The notes under the pieces are model-generated. The model had not been told where the DNA came from. It saw nothing but the letters and a program-made list of their open reading frames with translations, and did not search any database. The position numbers and the translations under genes are program-made. Below, piece by piece: positions 46,890 through 56,187 of a stretch of DNA of 64,000 nt. The stretch spans positions 4,001-68,000 of the forward strand of contig CANPXS010000001.1 of NCBI GenBank assembly GCA_947586625.1. Direction: 5' to 3'. Position 1 is the stretch's first letter. Each line of letters starts with the position of its first letter. Source of the DNA: an uncultured Clostridia bacterium. Lineage in GTDB: Bacteria; Bacillota; Clostridia; Oscillospirales; CAG-272.

Positions 46890-46909
46890 CTAATAAATAT
46901 GAAAGAATT

Positions 46910-47404
46910 ATGCGGCGGTACGTCGGAATGATACTTATACTTTTTATTTTTTGGATAATTTTATCGGGCAGAGTGACGCTCGAAATAGCTGTCTTCGGCG
47001 CGCTTGCGACGGCGCTCGTGTACATAATAACGTCGCGCGCGCTCGGGTGGGACATAAAGCGCGAGCTTGCGTTTTACAGGCTGACGCCGCACATCGCCGC
47101 TTACGGCGCGCTGCTCTTCGTCGAGATCATAAAGTCCAACATCGCCGTTCTGCCGTATGCGTGGGGAATAAAAAAGCCGAACGGGCGCATCGTGGAGTTC
47201 GATTCGGGGCTGCAGAGCGAGACCGCGGTCGCGGTGCTCGCGAACAGCATCACGATGACGCCGGGCACGATAACGATATCCGCCGACGGCGGACGGCTGA
47301 CGGTACACTGTCTTTCGCCGGAGTTCGCGGACGGCATCGAGTCGACAAAGTTCGCAAAACGGCTTTCCAAAATGGAGAAAATACCGGGGGTGATAAAGAA
47401 ATGA
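46910..47404 (+). CDS. mrpE: cation:proton antiporter subunit E (MrpE/MnhE)
   Basis: 164 aa, N-terminal TM pair, with the motif NSITMTPGT typical of MnhE. Confidence 0.85.
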   Translation: MRRYVGMILILFIFWIILSGRVTLEIAVFGALATALVYIITSRALGWDIKRELAFYRLTPHIAAYGALLFVEIIKSNIAVLPYAWGIKKPNGRIVEFDSGLQSETAVAVLANSITMTPGTITISADGGRLTVHCLSPEFADGIESTKFAKRLSKMEKIPGVIKK

Positions 47405-47703
47405 CTGTCGCCGAAGCGTACAGATATATGTTCCTCGCCGTGCTCGCGGCGCTGTCCGCATATGCGTGCTGCGGAATCGTCCGCGCGATAGCGACGAAAA
47501 ACACCGCGTGCCGCGTGCTCGGCGTGAATATGACGGGCAGCGCCGTAATAGCCGCGATAATAGTCATGACGGTGATGATGGGGGAGAGCTACCTTGCCGA
47601 CGTGGCGCTTTTATACGTGCTCGTCAACTTCGTCTCGGTCGTGATACTCAACCGCGTTTTCGTCGCGGCTAATGAAAAAAAGCGCGGGGAGGCGAAAAAG
47701 TGA
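47401..47703 (+). CDS. mrpF: cation:proton antiporter subunit F (MrpF/MnhF)
   Basis: 100-aa, three-TM protein. ATGA overlap with the mrpE stop. It is read in the frame of ORF 46951-47703 from the ATG at 47401. Confidence 0.75.
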   Translation: MTVAEAYRYMFLAVLAALSAYACCGIVRAIATKNTACRVLGVNMTGSAVIAAIIVMTVMMGESYLADVALLYVLVNFVSVVILNRVFVAANEKKRGEAKK

Positions 47704-48047
47704 TGGCGGCGTGGGTCAGATTCGGTTTCAGCGCGTTCTTTGCTGTAATCGGAGTATTCGCGTTCATAAGCGCCGCCGTCGGCGCGTTCCGTCTCGACTA
47801 CGTGCTGTCGCGCATGCATGCGACGGCGCTCGCCGACACGGTCGGCATCGGCGCAATAGCTGTATCGGCGTCGATCGCGGCGGGCGTCGACTTTGTGACG
47901 CTGAAGCTGTTGTTTTCTGCGGCGGCGATGGTTTTGACCTCGCCGGTGTCGACGCATATGCTCGCGGAGCTCGAATACAGGACGGGCGACGAGCTTTATA
48001 AGCACGTCAAATTCAAAGTCGGGAAGAAGTGGGAGAGACTGAAATGA
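47700..48047 (+). CDS. mrpG: cation:proton antiporter subunit G (MrpG/MnhG)
   Basis: 115 aa with ..YVLSRMHATALADTVGIG.., typical of MnhG. The start overlaps the mrpF stop. Confidence 0.8.
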   Translation: MMAAWVRFGFSAFFAVIGVFAFISAAVGAFRLDYVLSRMHATALADTVGIGAIAVSASIAAGVDFVTLKLLFSAAAMVLTSPVSTHMLAELEYRTGDELYKHVKFKVGKKWERLK

Positions 48048-48403
48048 GCGGAGATATCATCGAGGGCATAAGGATCGCGCTGCTTATAATGCTCATTATC
48101 GCCGCAGTCGCGGCAAGCGTAATGAAAAAGCTCGTGCCGGCGCTCATAGTTTTCACCTCGTTTTCGCTCATAATGGCGCTTTTGTGGATACTGCTCGAAT
48201 CGCCGGACCTCGCCATAACGGAGGCGGCGGTCGGCGCGGGAGTTTCGGGAGTGCTATTTTACATGGCGATACACAGAATGGGTCAGATGAAGGAAAAATT
48301 CGAAGATAAGGAGGGCGGCGCAGGCGATGAAGAAGGCGAAGAAAGCGCCAAAGACGCAGCCGGAGACGGCGAAGGTAAGCGGGACGGCGGCGAGCAGCAT
48401 TAA
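48044..48403 (+). CDS. MnhB N-terminal-like (DUF4040) membrane subunit with an acidic tail
   Basis: LLWILLESPDLAITEAAVGAGVSG motif. ATGA overlap with the mrpG stop. Confidence 0.75.
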   Translation: MSGDIIEGIRIALLIMLIIAAVAASVMKKLVPALIVFTSFSLIMALLWILLESPDLAITEAAVGAGVSGVLFYMAIHRMGQMKEKFEDKEGGAGDEEGEESAKDAAGDGEGKRDGGEQH

Positions 48404-49253
48404 AAAGTGGCTCGACTTCGACCTCGACATAGATTCGCTGCCGGTGCCGCCGCCACGTGAGAGCGCGGAGGACGACGGCGGCGACGAGACGCCGCTTCTC
48501 TCGCGCATACCGAAGAGCGCGCCGCGGTTCGTGTATACGGCGCTCGCCGCGATATGCTCGATAGTGCTGACGGCGACGCTGATATTGACCGTCGAGGGCA
48601 TGCCGCGTTACGGCGAGGATCAGGACTACATGGACACCGTGACGTACGAGTACATCACGCACGGCATGGAATACACAGGCGCGGTCAACATCGTCGCGGG
48701 CATCATACTCGAGTACCGCGCGTTCGACACGCTCGGCGAGTCGTTCGTGCTGTTCTGCGCGGTGACGTGCGTGCTCGTGCTGCTGCGCGCAGACAGCGCG
48801 GACTCGATGCCGGAGGACGTCGTATTCCGCGACCTGTCGCACGACGCGATACTGCGGCGCACGGTGCTTGCGATCGTGCCGCTCGTATTCATGTTCGGCG
48901 TATACGTGCTCTTAAACGGGCATCTGTCGCCGGGAGGCGGATTCTCGGGCGGAGCCGTGATAGGCGCGGGGCTCGTGATGGTGTCGGTCGCATACGGCGG
49001 CGACGTGTCGGGGCGCATCGTCTCGGAGCGCGTATTCAAAATAGTGACAACGTGCGCGCTGTCGTTTTACTGTCTCGGTAAAAGCTACACGTTTTTTACG
49101 GGCGCGAACGGGCTTCACAGCATCGTCGGCAACGGCACGCCGGGCAACATACTGAGCGCGGGGCTGATCCTGCCTTTGAACGTCGCCGTCGGCATGGTCG
49201 TGGCGTGCACCGTATACGGCATATACAGAATGTTTGACAAAAGGAGCTTTTAG
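48327..49253 (+). CDS. mrpB: MnhB-domain antiporter subunit (MrpB-like)
   Basis: GAVNIVAGIILEYRAFDTLGESFVLF motif. AAGGAGGG lies 11 nt before the ATG at 48327. It overlaps the upstream gene by 77 nt. Confidence 0.75.
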   Translation: MKKAKKAPKTQPETAKVSGTAASSIKKWLDFDLDIDSLPVPPPRESAEDDGGDETPLLSRIPKSAPRFVYTALAAICSIVLTATLILTVEGMPRYGEDQDYMDTVTYEYITHGMEYTGAVNIVAGIILEYRAFDTLGESFVLFCAVTCVLVLLRADSADSMPEDVVFRDLSHDAILRRTVLAIVPLVFMFGVYVLLNGHLSPGGGFSGGAVIGAGLVMVSVAYGGDVSGRIVSERVFKIVTTCALSFYCLGKSYTFFTGANGLHSIVGNGTPGNILSAGLILPLNVAVGMVVACTVYGIYRMFDKRSF

Positions 49254-49256
49254 GCG

Positions 49257-49634
49257 ATGGGCAATCTCTTATACAACTACGAAGAAGCCGTCGCGCTCAT
49301 ACTGTTTTCTATCGGCTTCATGACGCTCCTGTTTCACAAAAATCTCCTGCGCAAGCTGATAGGCATGAACATAATGGACTCGGGCGTTTACCTTTTCCTC
49401 GCGTCGATGGGGTACATATACGGGCGCCGCGCGCCTATCGTCGAAAACGGCGACGTGAGCGCGGAGCATTACGTCAACCCCGTCCCCGCCTCGCTCGTGC
49501 TGACCGGCATCGTCGTCTCCGTCTCGGTGACGGCGGTCATGCTGTCGCTCGCGGTCAGGCTCTACGAGCGGTATCACACCCTCAACCTCGACGAGATCTA
49601 CGCCGCCGCCCGCACGAGACGCGAACATCGGTAG
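49257..49634 (+). CDS. mrpC: cation:proton antiporter subunit C (MrpC/NuoK-like)
   Basis: 125 aa, three TM helices, with LIGMNIMDSGVYLFLAS. Confidence 0.8.
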   Translation: MGNLLYNYEEAVALILFSIGFMTLLFHKNLLRKLIGMNIMDSGVYLFLASMGYIYGRRAPIVENGDVSAEHYVNPVPASLVLTGIVVSVSVTAVMLSLAVRLYERYHTLNLDEIYAAARTRREHR

Positions 49635-49639
49635 TAGTG

Positions 49640-49735
49640 GTTTCGTGGGGGAGAGGAGAACTCTTATAAGAGTTCCCCTCTCCCCCACACCCCCACACCC
49701 TTCAGAATTTTTTATGACTTTTTTCTATTAAAGGT
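49640..49735 (+). repeat. hairpin-plus-tail repeat module inside the mrp operon
   Basis: GGGGGAGAGGAGAACTCTTATAAGAGTTCCCCTCTCCCCC followed by ..CCCTTCAGAATTTTTTATGACTTTTTT. This matches the hairpin/tail design of R1-R4. Confidence 0.75.
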
Positions 49736-49747
49736 ATTTGATTATAT

Positions 49748-51259
49748 ATGGAATTTATCAGAAATTTTCCGTTTTTTTCGGTGGCAGTATTTCTGTTTTC
49801 CGCGGTCATATGCTCGGTATTAAAACCGCGAGCGGCGCGGATATGGACTGTCGCCGCCGAGACGGCGGTGCTCGCGTTCTCTGCGTGCGTGCTATACTAC
49901 ACATGGTCGACGGGAGAGTTTTTTCGCTACAACATGGGCCATTTCGACGCGCCGTGGAGCAACCAGCTCCGCGCAGGCGTGCTCGAGGGCGTCGCGGCGA
50001 CGGGTTTTTCGCTTATTTTGCTTTTGTCTCACATAGGCGGCATGCGATATGTGAATGCCGACATCGAGAATAAAAAGCAGTCCGCGTACTGCACGCTTTT
50101 AAATCTCATCGGCGCGGCGCTGATGGCGCTCGCGTACACGAACGATTTGTTCACCGGCTACGTTTTCCTTGAAATAATGACGCTTTCGTCTTGCGGCATA
50201 CTTATGATAAGACGCGCGGGACGCACGGCGCTTGCGGCGACGCGGTACATGGTGATAAATTTGCTCGGGTCGGGTCTGTTTCTGCTCGGGACTTGCCTGT
50301 TCTACGGTATCACGGGTCATCTTCTGATGGAGTACATAGGCGCGGGAGTCGCAACACTCGACGCGACGGGCGATTACGCGGTGCCGCTGACGGTCACGAT
50401 AGGTCTCGTATGCGCGGGACTTGCGATAAAGGCGGGACTTTTCCCGTTCCACACATGGATGCCGGACACGTACGGCACGGCGACGCCCACGTCGTCGGCG
50501 GTGCTGTCGGGGATCGTGTCAAAGGGGTACATATTCCTGCTTGTCAAGATCATGTACCGCGTCGCGGGCGTGAACACGGAGGCGATGACGGCGGCGCGCC
50601 ACATTCTTTACGTTTTCGGCATACTCGGCATAATCCTCGGCTCCGTTTGGGCGATGCGGTCCGCGTACCTCAACCGCATGATAGCGTTCTCGTCGGCGGC
50701 GCAGATAGGCTACATCTTCGTCGGCATAGGGCTCGGCGGGACGGCGGGATTTACGGCGGCGCTGTTCCAGCTCATCGCGCACGGACTGACGAAGCCGCTT
50801 CTCTTTTTGTCGGGCGCAAGGCTCGCGGAGTCGTCGGGCGACAGTCAGTATTTCGCCGACTTACAGGGAGCCGCGCACAGGAACCGCGCGGCAGGAGCCG
50901 CGTTCACAGTGGCGGCGCTTTCTATGGTGGGAATACCGCTTCTTGCGGGATTCCCCGTCAAGCTATATTTTGCGATCGCGTCCGTGCAGCACGGCATACT
51001 CGTCGACGCGGTGACGCTTCTGACGCTTGCGGTCAGCACGCTGCTCAACGCTCTTTACTTCATACGCACGGCGATAAGGATATACACGCCGTCGGTGCGT
51101 CCGGCTGAGAAAAACGAGTCGCAGGTCGTGATAGACAAAAAAAGCGACCCCGGGCTCGCTGTCGCGGCCGTGGGATTTGCGCTTGCGATAGTGTCGCTCG
51201 GCGTGTTCCCGGGCTCGCTCTCGTCACTGATAACGACGGGACTGTCGATGTTCGCATAA
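49748..51259 (+). CDS. MrpD/NuoN-type proton-conducting membrane transporter, copy 1
   Basis: 503 aa, about 14 TM helices, with GLFPFHTWMPDTYGTATPTSSAVLSG. Confidence 0.85.
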   Translation: MEFIRNFPFFSVAVFLFSAVICSVLKPRAARIWTVAAETAVLAFSACVLYYTWSTGEFFRYNMGHFDAPWSNQLRAGVLEGVAATGFSLILLLSHIGGMRYVNADIENKKQSAYCTLLNLIGAALMALAYTNDLFTGYVFLEIMTLSSCGILMIRRAGRTALAATRYMVINLLGSGLFLLGTCLFYGITGHLLMEYIGAGVATLDATGDYAVPLTVTIGLVCAGLAIKAGLFPFHTWMPDTYGTATPTSSAVLSGIVSKGYIFLLVKIMYRVAGVNTEAMTAARHILYVFGILGIILGSVWAMRSAYLNRMIAFSSAAQIGYIFVGIGLGGTAGFTAALFQLIAHGLTKPLLFLSGARLAESSGDSQYFADLQGAAHRNRAAGAAFTVAALSMVGIPLLAGFPVKLYFAIASVQHGILVDAVTLLTLAVSTLLNALYFIRTAIRIYTPSVRPAEKNESQVVIDKKSDPGLAVAAVGFALAIVSLGVFPGSLSSLITTGLSMFA

Positions 51260-51275
51260 GGGGGAAAAACGGAAG

Positions 51276-52712
51276 ATGACGTATATTATTCTTACTATCG
51301 TTATACCGATCATCGCGGGCGCGCTGTTGCCCGTGTGGAGATTCGGCAGCCGCACGACGGCGCGCGCCGTATATGTGCTCGCAGCGACGGCGGCGACGTG
51401 CGCGGCGGCTGTGATGTCGTTTCTGCGCGGCGAGTCGGTTCTGTTTCTGACGCTCGCTGACGGCGTCACTATCTCGTACGGCGTCGACAGGATCGCGGTC
51501 ATATTCGCCGCCGTGTTCGTGTTCTCATTCTTCATCGTCGCGATATATGCGCCCCGCTACATAAAGCACGAGGGGCGCGACGACAGATTCTTCGCATTTT
51601 TCCTTCTCTCGCTCGGCGCGATGATGTCGCTGTCGTTCTCGTCGAACCTCGTGACGATGTATTTCTCGTTCGAGCTCGTGACGCTGCTCTCGATGCCGCT
51701 CGTGCTCCATTCGGGCACGAAGGAGGCGAACGCGGCAGCGCTCAAATATCTTTTCTACTCGATAGCGGGCGCGCTCATGGGTCTTTTCGGCATCGTGGTG
51801 CTCCACCCGATAACGAACGCGGGCGCGTTCTCGCTCGGCGGCACGCTGTCATCGACTGCCTCGTCTGCGATGGTGTGCACGGCGGTGTTTATGTGTGTCG
51901 TCGGGTTCGGCGCGAAGGCGGGCATGTACCCGATGCACGGCTGGCTGCCGTCCGCGCACCCTGTCGCGCCTGCACCCGCGTCGGCGCTTCTGTCGGGCAT
52001 AATAGCAAAGGCGGGCGTCCTCGCCGTAATACGCGTCGTATTCTACGTTGTCGGCATAGACGCGATACGCGGCACATGGACGGCTGTGACGTGGACGGTG
52101 CTCGCATCGATAACGGTCATTATGGGGTCGATGATGGCGTACCGCGAGGACATACTGAAAAAGCGCCTCGCGTATTCGACGGTGTCCAACATCTCGTACA
52201 TGATGCTCGGACTGTCGATGCTGTCCGCGACGGGCGAGCTCGGCGCGATAATGCACTTTATCGCGCACGCGCTGGCGAAAAATGCGCTCTTTCTGTCGGC
52301 TGGTTCGGTGATATATAAAACGGGCAAAACTAAGGTGTCGGAGCTGTCCGGCATCGGACGCAGGATGCCGGTGACGATGGGGGCGTTCACGGTCGCCGCG
52401 CTGTCGCTTATCGGAATACCGCCGCTGCTCGGATTTACGTCGAAGTGGTATTTGTGCATGGCGGGAGTTGAGGAGGGCGGCGCGCTCGCAATAATCGTGC
52501 CCGCTGTACTCATAGTGTCGGCGCTTCTGACGGCGGGGTATCTGTTGCCCGTTGTGATAAAAGGCTATTTCCCCGGCAAGGGCAGCGCGAAGCCGGACGT
52601 TGACGAGGCTCCCGTGCCAATGGTGTTTGCCGCAGTTTTATTTGCGGCGCTGTCGCTCGTAACGGGCATATTCGCGCCCGTGCTCGCGGACTTCATAGGC
52701 GGTGCACTATGA
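51276..52712 (+). CDS. MrpD/NuoN-type proton-conducting membrane transporter, copy 2
   Basis: 478 aa with GMYPMHGWLPSAHPVAPAPASALLSGIIAKAG. Confidence 0.85.
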   Translation: MTYIILTIVIPIIAGALLPVWRFGSRTTARAVYVLAATAATCAAAVMSFLRGESVLFLTLADGVTISYGVDRIAVIFAAVFVFSFFIVAIYAPRYIKHEGRDDRFFAFFLLSLGAMMSLSFSSNLVTMYFSFELVTLLSMPLVLHSGTKEANAAALKYLFYSIAGALMGLFGIVVLHPITNAGAFSLGGTLSSTASSAMVCTAVFMCVVGFGAKAGMYPMHGWLPSAHPVAPAPASALLSGIIAKAGVLAVIRVVFYVVGIDAIRGTWTAVTWTVLASITVIMGSMMAYREDILKKRLAYSTVSNISYMMLGLSMLSATGELGAIMHFIAHALAKNALFLSAGSVIYKTGKTKVSELSGIGRRMPVTMGAFTVAALSLIGIPPLLGFTSKWYLCMAGVEEGGALAIIVPAVLIVSALLTAGYLLPVVIKGYFPGKGSAKPDVDEAPVPMVFAAVLFAALSLVTGIFAPVLADFIGGAL

Positions 52713-54157
52713 GCGAATATTTTCTGCTTCTGCCGATACTTATACCGATAGCGGGCGGCGCGATCTTGTGGTTTTTCCGCACCGGAGACTTGGTGCGCAA
52801 CATCATAACGGAGCTTTTCGTGCTCGCGAACGCTGCGTGCACATGGACGCTCGCGTTTTTCCGTCCGCAGAATGAGCTTCATATGTTCGCGTTCAGCGAA
52901 CGTCTCGTTTTGAAGCTGCGCCTTGACGGACTCGGGACGTTCTTCCTCGTCATGGCGTCGACGCTGTGGATATTCGTCGCGGTATATGCGTTTTCGTATA
53001 TGAAGACGGAGGAGCACAGGCACATGTTCTTCACGTTCTTCACGCTGTCGCTCGCCGCCGTCGACGGAGTCGCGCTCGCGGGCAACATAATCACGCTTTA
53101 CTTCTTTTACGAAATGCTGACGCTGACGACGCTGCCGCTCGTCATGCACGGCTGCAAAAAAGTCGACATGCACGCGGGACGCGTCTACGCCGCGTATCAG
53201 CTCGGCGGCGCCGCGTTCGCTCTCGTCGGGATAATATATCTCACCTCTGTCGCGGGAGCGGGCGATTTCGTGCTCGGCGGCTACGTCAAGACGGCCGATA
53301 CGACCGTCATGGCTGTGTGGCTCGTGATGCTGCTCGGCTTCGGCGTCAAGGCGTGCATATTCCCCCTTTACCGTTGGCTTCCGACGGCGTCGGTGGCACC
53401 GACGCCCGTGACGGCGCTGCTGCACGCGGCGGCTGTCGTCAAAGCGGGCGTGTTCGCGGTGATGAGGCTGTCGTATTTCACGTTCGATCCCGCGATACTT
53501 AGGGGGAGCAGAGTCGGCGGAGCCGGTTTCCTGCTCGCGTGCTTCACGGCTGTGTTCGCCTCGGTGTTGGCAGTTCGCGAGGGTCACTTCAAAAGACGGC
53601 TCGCGTATTCGACGGTGTCGAATCTGTCCTATATTCTCGTCGGCGTTCTGACGTTCACGGAAGCGGGACTTGCGGCGGGGCTTTGCCATATGCTTTATCA
53701 CGCTATGATAAAGCTGAACGCGTTCCTCGCGTGCGGCGCGTTTATGAAGCGGACGGGAAAGCATAACGTGGAGGACCTTGACGGCATAGGATACAAGATG
53801 CCGGTCACGTTCGCATGCTTCACCGTGTCGGCGCTGGCGCTGTGCGGTATACCGCCGCTTAACGGATTTGTGTCGAAGTGGATGCTGCTCTCGTCGGTGA
53901 CGGCGGGCGGCGACGTGCTGTCGATGATAGGCGGCGCGTCGCTGATAGCGGCGTCGCTTCTGTGCGCCGTATACATGCTGACGTGCGCGGTGCGCGCGTA
54001 TTTCCCCGCGAAGGGGAGCGTCCCGACAGACGCGAAAGAGGCTCCGCTCGGCATGGTGCTGCCGATGGCGGTGTTCGCCGTCGCAAATATACTGCTCGGC
54101 GTTTTCTCGACGCCGATAACGAACATCGTGACCGCGATCGCGGGCGGCGCGTTTTAG
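52709..54157 (+). CDS. MrpD/NuoN-type proton-conducting membrane transporter, copy 3
   Basis: 482 aa with IFPLYRWLPTASVAPTPVTALLHAAAVVKAG. It overlaps the upstream stop. Confidence 0.85.
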   Translation: MSEYFLLLPILIPIAGGAILWFFRTGDLVRNIITELFVLANAACTWTLAFFRPQNELHMFAFSERLVLKLRLDGLGTFFLVMASTLWIFVAVYAFSYMKTEEHRHMFFTFFTLSLAAVDGVALAGNIITLYFFYEMLTLTTLPLVMHGCKKVDMHAGRVYAAYQLGGAAFALVGIIYLTSVAGAGDFVLGGYVKTADTTVMAVWLVMLLGFGVKACIFPLYRWLPTASVAPTPVTALLHAAAVVKAGVFAVMRLSYFTFDPAILRGSRVGGAGFLLACFTAVFASVLAVREGHFKRRLAYSTVSNLSYILVGVLTFTEAGLAAGLCHMLYHAMIKLNAFLACGAFMKRTGKHNVEDLDGIGYKMPVTFACFTVSALALCGIPPLNGFVSKWMLLSSVTAGGDVLSMIGGASLIAASLLCAVYMLTCAVRAYFPAKGSVPTDAKEAPLGMVLPMAVFAVANILLGVFSTPITNIVTAIAGGAF

Positions 54158-54169
54158 GGAGGTGCGGAT

Positions 54170-56110
54170 ATGGTGCTTGTAACGCTTGTGCTTCTGCCGA
54201 TATTGTCCGCGCCCGTATGCGCGCTTCTCGCAAAGAAGCTGCGCGCCGGATTTTACCCTGTCATAATAGTGTGCGCGGTCGAGACCGCACTGTCTGTGGC
54301 GCTGTTTGACGCGTCGTCGTCGCTGTCGCTGCCGTATGCGGCGATATGCCTTGCCTCCGACGGGTTCCACGCCGTATATGCGCTCGCGTCGTCGTTCGCG
54401 TGGCTCGTCTCCGCGCTGTTTTCGGTCGAATACTTCCGCCGCCACGGCGACGGCGCACACGACGCGCGGTACATATTTTTCTATCTTTTGACGCTCGGCG
54501 CGACCGTGGGCGTGTTCCTGTCCGCGGACCTGTTCACGACGTTCATATTCTTCGAGATCGCGTCTTTATCGTCGTACGTTTGGGTGCTGCACGACGAGAC
54601 CGACGGCGCGATGGAGGCGGCGAGGACGTATCTGTCCGTCGCGATATTCGGCGGCATGGTGCTTCTGTTCGGACTGCTCCTGCTGTCGCCGTATCAACAA
54701 AACGGACTTAATATCGAATCGCTTGTACCCGGCGCGCCGTATGCAGTCGGAGTGCTTCTCCTGTTCGGCTTCGGCGCGAAGGCGGGCATGTTCCCGCTCC
54801 ACATATGGCTGCCGAAAGCGCATCCTGTCGCGCCCGCGCCTGCGAGCTCGATTCTGTCGGGCATACTGACGAAGGTCGGAGTATACGGCATAATCATTAC
54901 GACCGTGCGTCTGTATGCGGGTGATGTGAAATGGGGCGTTCTGCTCTTCGTGCTCGGCACGGTGACGCTTCTGCTCGGAGCCGTGCTCGCGCTCCTGTCC
55001 GTCGACATAAAGCGCACGCTCGCGTGCTCGTCGATGTCACAGATAGGGTTCATTCTGACCGGCATCGGCGCCGTCGCGGCACTCGGCGACGAGTGCGCGC
55101 TCGCATCCGCGGGCGTCGTGCTCTACATGCTCAATCACACGCTGATGAAGCTGATACTGTTCACTATCGCCGGCATCATACACATGAACTTGCACAGCCT
55201 CGACTTAAACGATATTCGCGGCTGGGGACGCAGCCACCCGTTTATAGGCATAGCGTTCGCGCTCGGAGGCGCGGGACTCGCCGGTATCCCCGGCACGGGC
55301 GGCTATATTGCAAAGACGCTTCTGCATGAGGCGATAGTGGAGTCGGCGGAAATCGCGCCGATCGCGCACACGGTTGAGATACTGTTCTTGTTCGGCGGCG
55401 GCTGCACGCTCGCGTATATGATAAAGCTGTTCGTGTGCGTGTTCATAGAAAAACCGTCCGAACATGTGACAAAGCATAAGGGCGGACGCGCCGTGACCGT
55501 TGCGACAGCGCTTGCGCTGATGTTGGCCGTTTTGCCGACCGCATTCACATGCATACCGGCGATCGCTAAAGAGGTCGCGGCGCGCGGAATGGCGTTCGCG
55601 GGCGGCGGCGAGTGGCACGACGTCGAATTCTTCGGTTGGGAGTGCCTGTCGGGCGCAGTCATAACGATGACGGTCGGCATCGTGCTCTACTTCGCGTTCG
55701 TGCGCACCGCGACGCGTCGCGGCGGCAATTATGTCAATATATTGCCCGCGTGGTGTGACCTCGAGCGCACCGTATACGTGCCCGTCATAAACGCGCTGAC
55801 GCGCGCAGGGGGTGCTGTCGCGCGTTTGTTCGGCGAAAACGTTTTGACGTCGCGGCTTTGCAGATGGGGCATGGCGGCGGCAGGCTTCGTCTGCCACCTC
55901 GTATGCGACGCTGCCGACCTCATTGTTTACGCGCTGCGCAGGACGATACTCCGTCCCGCGCGCGAGAGGACGCGAGCGAAGCGTTCGCACCCCGTCGTCG
56001 ACGCCGTTTACAGGGAGCGGGCGACCGACAATTTCTCGTATTCGCTAATAACGACCGTCGTCGGCGTGTGCGTGATACTGTTGTTTTTGTTCATAGTGCC
56101 AAGATTATAG
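54170..56110 (+). CDS. MrpA/NuoL-type proton-conducting membrane transporter
   Basis: 646 aa with GMFPLHIWLPKAHPVAPAPASSILSGILTKVG and a longer C-terminal extension than the three D-like paralogues. Confidence 0.85.
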   Translation: MVLVTLVLLPILSAPVCALLAKKLRAGFYPVIIVCAVETALSVALFDASSSLSLPYAAICLASDGFHAVYALASSFAWLVSALFSVEYFRRHGDGAHDARYIFFYLLTLGATVGVFLSADLFTTFIFFEIASLSSYVWVLHDETDGAMEAARTYLSVAIFGGMVLLFGLLLLSPYQQNGLNIESLVPGAPYAVGVLLLFGFGAKAGMFPLHIWLPKAHPVAPAPASSILSGILTKVGVYGIIITTVRLYAGDVKWGVLLFVLGTVTLLLGAVLALLSVDIKRTLACSSMSQIGFILTGIGAVAALGDECALASAGVVLYMLNHTLMKLILFTIAGIIHMNLHSLDLNDIRGWGRSHPFIGIAFALGGAGLAGIPGTGGYIAKTLLHEAIVESAEIAPIAHTVEILFLFGGGCTLAYMIKLFVCVFIEKPSEHVTKHKGGRAVTVATALALMLAVLPTAFTCIPAIAKEVAARGMAFAGGGEWHDVEFFGWECLSGAVITMTVGIVLYFAFVRTATRRGGNYVNILPAWCDLERTVYVPVINALTRAGGAVARLFGENVLTSRLCRWGMAAAGFVCHLVCDAADLIVYALRRTILRPARERTRAKRSHPVVDAVYRERATDNFSYSLITTVVGVCVILLFLFIVPRL

Positions 56111-56187
56111 ATGTAGGGAAGCAATAAATACGGGCGGGAGCGCATGATGTGCGTTCCCGCCCCGATAATTTATGAAAATAGGCTGTA

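Noticed and set aside
45671-46900. Integrated prophage or genomic island at tRNA-Pro.
   Set aside because: No integrase, no phage genes and no direct repeat of the tRNA 3' end could be found. Only repeat debris is present, so only a remnant is claimed.
48327-48403. 77-nt overlap between the DUF4040-like and MnhB-like genes, as evidence of a frameshifted single gene.
   Set aside because: The downstream gene has its own strong RBS (AAGGAGGG) and ATG. The upstream gene ends in a coherent acidic tail. It cannot be settled without homologue alignment, so it was kept as two genes.
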